DNA from: Guillardia theta CCMP2712
Lineage: Eukaryota; Protista; Cryptophyta
Direction: 5' to 3'
Length of the DNA: 64,000 nucleotides
NCBI RefSeq assembly: GCF_000315625.1
Contig: NW_005434626.1
Coordinates: 197,448 to 261,447 of the forward strand
The notes under the pieces are model-generated. The model was given only the letters and a program-made list of their open reading frames with translations, was not told the origin of the DNA and searched no databases. The position numbers and the translations under genes are program-made. This document shows positions 55,787 through 64,000 of the stretch, in pieces (within the stretch, counting starts at the first letter, position 1; every line of letters starts with the position of its first letter).

Positions 55787-57539
55787 ATGAGCGATGACGA
55801 GGCTGTCAAGACGTCTCGGGGTAGGAACGTGAAAGCTATCCGCGATGAGCTCGAGAAAAGAAGCAGAGAGAGCGGAGGAAACCTTCCCAGTCCCCTCTGG
55901 CCGTACTCATCAAACTCGGGCTCGTTCATACGGAGAAGTATATCAGAACAAGAAGAGAAATCAAAGGGAGGGGATGAGCACTCAGAGCCATCTCAAAGAA
56001 ACCTCTTCCACAAGGATGCAGATGACCTACAGCAACCTTCCCTCGAAGCTCCGCACGTGGACAACTCTGAGGACAAAAATTACATGGAGCTGGAGCAACG
56101 AAATGAGCAATTAAGTACAGAAAGACGAGAGCTTCAGGGCAGATTGACTCAAGCTCAAGTTGACATGGACAAGCTGAAAAATCAACAGGCCGTGAACGAT
56201 CACAATTCAAATACCGGAGGCAACAATTCTTCTTTGATTCAGGAGCTAGAAAGAAAAGACAAGGAGATTTCGGACTTGAAAGAGATGGTGAGACAGATGT
56301 TGAATGAGAGGAAGAAGGAAAGAGAAAACAATCAAAACAAGCACGATCAAGGTCGAGATAGTAGTCAGAGCAATCATACCGTCCATCAACTAGAATCAGA
56401 CAAAAAAGGTACACAGCCATGATTGTTTGGCTCTTTACCGACTGATAATGATTACAAGACAAGCAACAGCTGTTGAAACAACTCCAAGAAGCGCAAGAGG
56501 AGCTTGCGATGCTCAAGGTGAGCACAAGTAAAGCCACATATCACTTCCATCCACAACATTGACAATCGCCCTCCATTGCTTTCACTCCGGAAATATTTTG
56601 CGATTTGGATTTTAAATGTTGTTTGACTTACACACAATCACCAGAGCCAGGCTCCAAATCAAGTTTCACCGCCCAAGCAAAGTGCAATGGTAAGAGATGT
56701 AACTTGCACGTGCTCTCTTCATCGCCATCTTTCTGCAGGACTTCAGCTCAAAATCGTACAAGGCGGCATCAGGTCACTTTGTGAAAGAGATCCATCGGTT
56801 GGAAGGCCTTCTACATCAACAGAGCAAGACCATCGTCGAGCTGAGGTGCTGCCATCTTGTCTTCATTGCTTGTGCCCGACACGTGCAAACCAGCGGGAGA
56901 GGAAGGGACCGCAGCATGCTCGATATCCTGAGCAAGAAGATCATGCAGCTCGAGCCCTCCGCTGCTGCCGTCAAGGACCTCCAGACCTTCTTGCTGACCC
57001 TTCAAGGTCATGGCCGTTGTCTTGAAGATTTCTCAGCTCTTACGCCTCTTTCAGACCCTCCACCATCGCCTCCCTCGGCAACGACAAACGGCTTCCCCAG
57101 CAACAGACCAGCAAACCAGGAGGTCGCCAGCCCAGCAAGTTCTCGTCCCTACAGCGAGCACGTGACGTACCGCAGCTTCACCGAGGGGCTTGACAGACCC
57201 TACCGCATCACCTCCAGCTTCTCTCCCAGCTCTCGCCCCTCCCCTCTTCCCCCATCAACCACAAGGAGCCACAGCGAAGTCTACAGGGTGATGGATTATG
57301 GGAGAACAGCTACGGAGAGTTCACAGCGGATGGACGTGAAAGCGAGAGAAGCGTTTGAGCCTGGCAAACAAGCGCGTGCCGTACACTTTGATGAAGAGGT
57401 GTACTTGCTAAGCGTGTGAATGAAGCATGGGCTCGTGTTTCAGTTTTGAAACTTATTGATCCACCAAGTCCACTGCAACAGGCATCAGCTCAAAGGGAGT
57501 AGCCAGCAAAGGAGACATCAATCGCTCTTGCGGGAATGA
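55787..57539 (+). CDS. Hypothetical coiled-coil protein, multi-exon
   Basis: ORFs 55787-56422 and 56781-57419 with E/Q/K-rich heptads and GT-AG junctions. Confidence 0.55.
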
Positions 57540-57588
57540 AATCTCAACCATCCTGGCAAGATTCGTAGTCGTGTCTCCTAACAAGGCA

Positions 57589-59340
57589 TCAACAAGGCTC
57601 CTGACTCGTAGTGTTCTTTCCGAGAGACGCTAACAGCGACTGTCGCAACTCCGAGTCTGACTTGCTTGTATGCATGCGCAGCCTCACTTCAACAAGGTGC
57701 GTCTGCTTGTCCAGCTGCAAGTCAGCAGCCTCGTCTTTCCTTCGTTCTTCAAGAACCTCCACCACTTTGTTGGGGTTGGCGTACACAACTTTGACACTGG
57801 GGAGACTTCGAGTACTTGACCGCGACGACGGGGAGTTCGCCCAGAACGTCGAGAGCGAGCTGTTCAACGAGTCCATCCGCCTCGTCAAAGACGTCAACCG
57901 TTTAACAACTCGCACGGCATGATCCTCCTCCGCCTGCTCCTTCCTCTCGGAGATTCTGGCCTTGATCAGGTCAGGATCTGCTGTGGTCTTGGCGCGCTCC
58001 TCCCATTCTGCCATCGACTTCTTGGAGTCATCCTCGGGATTTCCATTCGCATTGTGTGACGTTTCCCTGCTCTCTTTGGCCTCCTCCGCAGCCTTACCAG
58101 AAGATGCTTTTGGCGAAACATTTCCTGCAAAGTCGAAGTACCATTCTATCCAGTGCCCGATGAAACCGAACTGATGATCCACATGATCCCAAAACGCTAA
58201 CGCTGCCCACATGTCAAACAGACGTCGATCTCGTTTGAACTCCGTTACAGCTAGTGGCCATAACGTGAGGTCCCGCACATCTTGAGAGGTTGGGTCGATG
58301 GGAGATTGCACTATGCCGCTCCAGTGCTGAATCTTCCGATCCAATCTCCCCTTGAGGACTGTCACGTCATAGACGTCGCTCAGCTCCTTCAGGAGAAGAT
58401 TGTACACCTGCAGCTCGTACAACAGCAGATGCGCGTAGCTCGGCGATGTCTCATCCCGATTGTAGGGATATGTGAACATGCCGTAGGTCAGCCACTCCAT
58501 CACAACGATGGACAGAGCAAAGACATCTTGCGTGACCCATGTTTGATGGTCCGGCTGCTCTTTCAAGACATTCTCGAGCGCATCTGTCACTTTTTGAGTG
58601 TCCGTTAAGTCGCGAGCTTGCAGCTTGAGCTTGTTGAGCTGTTCGTGGGATGCATAACCTACCGTGCAGACACCGCTGTGGATGTCGATGATGTTTGTGA
58701 GGCCTCCAATGAGAATAATGTTGTCCACTTTGCAATCTCGCCAGTGAATGGCATTGTCATGCATGTACTTGAGAGCGACTGCCAGCCTGCTGATACCCAC
58801 AACCATGGAATCTACGTCTCTCGAGGCTCCCCCGACGCCTTCGCTTGCAGCAACCAGCTGCTCTTCAATGTCGTCCATCAACGGCTTCCCATACGGCATG
58901 ATTGTGATGATCGCCATGTACGACTCTATCTTGCGGATGTAGTAGGCCTGGATCGGACAGATCCCCAGGGGCTGTTTCTCCTCCACCAACGAGATCACCC
59001 CGTTGGTGCGCGGGTTGGTATCAGGCAAGTTGACCAGCTTGAGGTACGCGGACAGACCCTGCAGCTCCTTCTGAAACAGGAACTCTTGTCCCCGTCCAGA
59101 GGGCGCGACGGTGACTCGTACCACCAAACCACTAGCACCCGGCGCAACGTCTTCGCTCCTGAAGACGTAGGCGAAAGAACCTTTTGCGAGGGGCGGAGTG
59201 GAAGTTTCCTTGATGTCACCAGCTCCATCGAAGTTGTTGAGCATGAAAGTTTGAAGAGCTTCCGCCGTAATAGCCTCGACCATGATTGGAGAGGTAGCAG
59301 ACAGCGTGGGATCGGAAGAATCACAGGATATGTCGGACAA
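57589..59340 (-). CDS. Divergent protein-kinase-like protein, intronless ORF
   Basis: LAKGSFAYV (Gly loop), FQKE (alphaC Glu), YMHDNAIHWRDCKVDNII (catalytic loop), DIH, GYASHE, QDVFALS. Confidence 0.75.
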   Translation of the reverse strand: MSDISCDSSDPTLSATSPIMVEAITAEALQTFMLNNFDGAGDIKETSTPPLAKGSFAYVFRSEDVAPGASGLVVRVTVAPSGRGQEFLFQKELQGLSAYLKLVNLPDTNPRTNGVISLVEEKQPLGICPIQAYYIRKIESYMAIITIMPYGKPLMDDIEEQLVAASEGVGGASRDVDSMVVGISRLAVALKYMHDNAIHWRDCKVDNIILIGGLTNIIDIHSGVCTVGYASHEQLNKLKLQARDLTDTQKVTDALENVLKEQPDHQTWVTQDVFALSIVVMEWLTYGMFTYPYNRDETSPSYAHLLLYELQVYNLLLKELSDVYDVTVLKGRLDRKIQHWSGIVQSPIDPTSQDVRDLTLWPLAVTEFKRDRRLFDMWAALAFWDHVDHQFGFIGHWIEWYFDFAGNVSPKASSGKAAEEAKESRETSHNANGNPEDDSKKSMAEWEERAKTTADPDLIKARISERKEQAEEDHAVRVVKRLTSLTRRMDSLNSSLSTFWANSPSSRSSTRSLPSVKVVYANPNKVVEVLEERRKDEAADLQLDKQTHLVEVRLRMHTSKSDSELRQSLLASLGKNTTSQEPC

Positions 59341-60081
59341 GTTGCCTCTCCTTTCGCGTCAGAGTCAAGAAGACTTCATATCACTGACATCCCCCCCTTT
59401 CAAGTTCAAGAATTCAGGCCGAACCTGGAAAAGATTGCCAGACAGTTAGAACAGACAAGACTTCAAACTACTCCACAAACTGTCACCCTTGATGGAGTCA
59501 TCCCACATTCATTAGTGAAAACAAAACCAACCTGCTGGGTGTTGGCACTTACACGGACGTATTAGACTCACATCTAGCTAGTCTACATGCGATCAAAAGG
59601 CATGATGACTCGGAATCCTGATGAATAAATGCACTGTCCTCATGTATTCTACCCTTTCACCTTCCAAGAAACAAGAGCATGTGACGTTTCCTTATTCTAA
59701 CTGGATGGTGAATCTTCTTGTCATTTCGCTATCAACGTGATGGTAAGTGTCTCAAACTTCACTCACAGAGTACCATTTTCCTCAAACCCATAGATCCTAT
59801 CGCTATCTCTTCGACCCCTCTCCCGCCCACTCGGATTCCTCACAGATAAAATGACAGGATCGAGAACTACTACGTCCTGCGGCATTCGCTTCTGTGCCAC
59901 AACAAGGGCTCAACTATCTTCATCGTTCTTCTCTTCATTCATGCGTTTATCTTCCTTCAATCTCTCATTGTTTACCGACGTCTCCCCATGAAACTTCAGC
60001 CCTCCTCGCAAACATCCCCCGCCATTTCAGGAACACGGACCCCTCACATCGAATGACCAACCCCTATCCATCCCCACACAC

Positions 60082-60120
60082 TACCCTACCCTACCCTACC
60101 CTACCCTACCCTACCCTACC
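60082..60120. repeat. (TACCC)n pentamer run within an ACCCC-rich patch
   Basis: About 8 perfect units. Confidence 0.9.
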
Positions 60121-60560
60121 GTAAACATTCCTTTTACCACCCTACCAGTGAATATATTCTTCTGTCACCAAATGTATCCCGTCCCATACTACTACCCCTA
60201 TGTCGACCATCCTACCCCTACCCCTAGCAGTCCAAGTCAAAATCCAAACACCCACCCAAACACACTCATTGGTACCCACTCCCCCTAATTGGTTCACTAC
60301 CCCCTCCCTCATGAGTCAACCCAAATATCGGCGCCCACCCGGAAATTCTCTCTTATTACCACCCCTCCTTTCAAAGAATTTCTACCACCCCACCTCATCT
60401 TCTTCACATAAACCCCCACATTTTAAAATCATTTAAACCACCCCCACACAGCTGTCCGAGATAACTAATAATCTCTATCGGCCCGGCCCGGCCGCCCGGC
60501 TGCCACTGGCACCGCGGCAGCCGGTCGGGCCATCACAGGCCGGTCACCACTTTTTTCATT

Positions 60561-60679
60561 TTACTCAAAGTTAAGTTAAAAATCAGTTACTGTCGCCCAA
60601 AGTCGCACAGGCCATACGGCAAGAAGAGAAAAGACAGTGAGAACCAACCGTTGAACCCTCCCCACCCCTCATCCTGCCG
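60561..60679. repeat. Dispersed-repeat copy, collinear with 26356-26554
   Basis: TTACTCAAAGTTAAGTTAAAAATCAG...GTCGCACAGGCCATACGGC...AAAAGACAG.GAGA...CCCTCATCCTGCCG. Confidence 0.8.
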
Positions 60680-61223
60680 ATCATGGCAGCGGCTCAGTCT
60701 CCCAAACTACTAGTAACTGATACCAGCCGGGATACCACTTAGTTAGATGATCGCCCGGACCTACATGCCGGGGCCCCTCCGATCAGGCTGGTTCACTGAG
60801 CCTCGGAGAGGTGCCGGGCTTCCGAGACTCCCGCGCCCCTCGGGCCTGGCAGGAATGCATGCCATCAAGTTGAGTCGCAAGTCTTCCTACCGTCCGAGTC
60901 TAGCCTAGTAGGCCGCGGCTGCCGCATTGCATGCAGACAGTCGTCGACTTGAACAACGGTCAGACTCTGAAGCGGGATGACTGCATGATCATCGTACTAC
61001 ACTGGCCAGCGGCGCCATCATGATGCACAGGCTGAGAGTCGACTGAGCCTCTGAATGGCACCATGCCACGGATGGTGAAGTGATGACAGTGGCGCCGAGG
61101 TTTCAGCTCCGAGACTAGCAAGACTCCGATGCCCGGGCCGAAGTGATCGGACAAGTCACAGCGACTTCAGCAGCAGGTCGTGAACGATCGCCGGTCATCG
61201 CGTTCGCCGTGGAAAGTTTGACG

Positions 61224-62393
61224 ATGCAGAAGACACACGGGCAACGGGTTGAACTGTCGCACCGCATGACGGGCAACGAAGCCGCCACCGACTTGTCTCG
61301 ACCTCTCGACCCAGCAAAACATGAGCGGCAATTCTCGCCACCCAAGAATGTAGAACATCCGATCTATGTCACAGTCAGACCTTGTGGCGTCCAGGATGAG
61401 AACAAGGCAGAATCGATGCAGGTGTAGCCAACCAAGTTGTGCGTGCAGCTGACATGTTTGCAGAAACACCATGTCGACGAAATGATACGGAGACACAAGA
61501 TGCTACTGCAGCATCTGGAGTACAGCAAGATGGTCTCGGCAGATGAGACCGAAGAGCATACTGCAATCATTGCCTCGCTGCACATGAAGTTGGCGGAGTT
61601 GCAGGTTTCTGCACAACATGTTACCTGTGTTGATGGCAGTTGTTGATGGTGTACTCTAGGAGACTGCTGAAGCTCTCAGTATTTCTCGGTCGGATGTTCA
61701 GTTCACTGCGAGCTCTCCCATCTCTTGGTCGTCGGTGGCTACATCTGAGAGGGAGAGCAAGAAGAAAATCAGTTTCTCCGACGAAATTTCGGATGCTCGA
61801 TCTCCTGATTCCGATAGAACACTCAAGACAACATGGGAGTCGTCACCTGATCAGATTTCCCCACCAGCTCTTTTCACCCATGATCCTTTTGAGCACGGTC
61901 TGAAGCAGAGGACTGCAACGCAGACATTTCACAGCAGTAGGGACCGAGACACCAACGAATCGCAGAGCAGATCAAGCATAATCTACAGGTTCCTTTATTC
62001 CTTGTTTTCTTTCTGTCTGATACTAAAATGGCATCAGCCATGTTTGTCTCGATGACATCTTAGAGTCACAAGACCCGCAAGAGATTGAAATGCAGAAGGT
62101 GATCAATGCCAATTCACTTAGCGGACTCGACTTGAGGCCGCTCGGAGTTGCTTCTGATCAAACTGAAAGTCAAAGTCAAAGCATGTGACTGTGGTCTTTT
62201 CAGATTTTACAAGAGATCGAGTTTTTAGATAAGAAGCTCACGGCAAAGAACAAGAGCATATCAGCGGAAACGTCAAAAACATCACAGGTAATTTCATGTT
62301 GTCCAGAAAAATTCCTTGGCTCAATCATCTGATATGAATACTGACGCAGATGCAGAACCGCAAGAGAGGAGGAGTTCCACGGGAATTTCGTGA
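61224..62393 (+). CDS. Hypothetical multi-exon protein
   Basis: Successive + strand ORFs joined by short GT-AG introns; no recognisable domain. Confidence 0.4.
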
Positions 62394-62583
62394 CATTCTG
62401 ACACCCCGTTGTAAACCGTGGAAATGAGGAACAGGGGAAAGAGGGTATAGATTGAAAATCCAACTTTACCAATAATAGACAGCAAACATGACATTGAAAA
62501 AATACCTATGAGAATCAGAAAACAATAAAAATTTTGACATCTTGACCAGCATCACAACAAACTGAGGAAGGAGCCCTCGTGAT

Positions 62584-63851
62584 TCATCTTTCGCATCCGA
62601 AATGTCTCCATGAGCGAGCAACACATCTCGGTTCGTCGAGAACCTTACTGCTTGTGCTCTTGGTCTTCATCCTCACTCTCTTTGCGCCAGGGCTCCTGCC
62701 CTTCCCTGAACCAAGCTTTCTCCTGTCCAAGGCATTAGAACACAAAGACGACAACATCGAACAGCTACAAGATGCTCGCTGCTCCCCGAAGCCGCCTTCA
62801 GATTCCTCAACTGCGATCATGTCAAAGGGGTTCAGATCAAGCAGTGAAGCTAAAACCTCCTCGTCGTTCAAAGTGAAGGCGAGCTCCTCTTTCTTGCACT
62901 TATCTACATCTTCTTCACTGTCACTGCGCTTCGGAGATTGTAGAGGGGATTCAAAATCTTCGAGGATGTCTTCATTCCCTATCCAGCTTCCCTGATGGCA
63001 AAATCAAAACTCCTCCACGACCTTCCACTGCTACTGTTGTTCTGTCGAACTCCATCTTCGGTTCAGCTTCATTCCCACTGCTGCCGATATTTTCAAGCTT
63101 TTCTTGCAACTTCAGCGGTATGTTCTCTTCCCAAAGATCGTCAAGGTTATCATCGTTGTCTTCAGGTTCTGTCAAGGTATCAAGTGAGATGCAGACACAG
63201 AGCAAACGATTCAATCACCTTTCCCCTTTTTCTTTGAAGAGGATGGAGATGACGACGCGGCCGCTTTAGCACTGGTAGATGCTGTGTCTCTGTGCGAGCT
63301 CTTACCTTCTGACCCGGTCTTCGGGCTGGGCAGCCTTAGTGAACTGACTGCAACGGGGCTGGCAATCGACTTGGGCGATTCCTTTGATGCCGCGCTTCTA
63401 CCTTTAGAAGCAGTCTGCATTGCAAGAAGATCAGAAACGGACGACACTTGATTGAAAGAACAGGCGTGTAGAACAGGCTCAAAAATTGGTGATGTCATCA
63501 AATGGTGTCAAACTTAGGCAGACAGTCGCAGACAGCACAAGCGATGTCAGAAACGTGAGCAAACTTATACAACATACAAAAAAATACACATGAGGGTATG
63601 AAGTCAACCTCCTCCTTTGCTTCTTTGCCATCCGTTGTGTCCACAGCACCGTACAGGTGACGGTCGGAGACCGCATCCTTTCTTTTGCCAGAGAGGAAGC
63701 GATCAAAGACCTCTTTCAAGACGATAAGTATGAGCAGGAAGACGATAATGAGCAGGAGGAGGACAGTGATAGTCGAGTCTCCTGCTAGGGAGCCGAATGC
63801 TGACGCCTCCCCATAGCCGTCTCCTTTCGCCATTGTACTCGTCGCCCTCAT
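62584..63851 (-). CDS. Hypothetical single-pass membrane protein, multi-exon
   Basis: N-terminal TM ITVLLLLIIVFLLILIVL followed by acidic/Ser-rich exons. Confidence 0.5.
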
Positions 63852-64000
63852 CCCCTCGCCCGATTTAGCTCAATCACTTGGTAACGGATAACCGTTGCGG
63901 TCTTGCACACCCGGCGATACCTAAGTCGCCGACCAGGCTCGGCCCGCCTGCGATGTCTACTACCCCACCCACCCCCGAATGGACGCCATGACCCCCCTTG

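Noticed and set aside
58618-59565. 315-aa + strand ORF (likewise 38774-39571 and 44858-45940)
   Set aside because: Antisense shadows of well-supported minus-strand genes.
60082-60120. Telomere or interstitial telomere
   Set aside because: Short, internal (TACCC)n that does not match canonical TTAGGG/TTTAGGG.

Overview
This is gene-dense, intron-rich eukaryotic nuclear DNA. Short spliceosomal introns filled with CCT/GGA microsatellites, a signal peptide+AF-type plastid targeting signal and a CYP97 suggest an alga with a secondary red plastid, most like the cryptophyte Guillardia theta (inference). About 25 genes are visible. Recognisable ones, in order: CYP97 P450 (3' part), a 4xPLAT protein, an SK/KCNN-like K+ channel, a Zn2Cys6 protein, an ADP-ribosyltransferase(ART)-ankyrin protein, a PfkB kinase, a GT4 glycosyltransferase, a group XII-like PLA2, TMEM138, RecQ4, an ankyrin-TKL kinase, a YfcE-like metallophosphoesterase, a fibrillin and a divergent kinase. 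There is one 100-N gap. Best leads: (1) an R-S-E ART fused to a 105-bp ankyrin array that varies mainly at the target-binding positions, a candidate diversified sensor-effector; (2) an in-frame TMEM138-SKA1-like fusion; (3) a dispersed TA-flanked AT-rich motif whose copies differ by short insertions and sit in GC-rich/ACCCC-rich patches at divergent promoters; (4) a Sld2+Zn-knuckle+RecQ4 architecture outside animals. Exon boundaries were read by eye, and all family calls are motif recognition from memory, not database searches.
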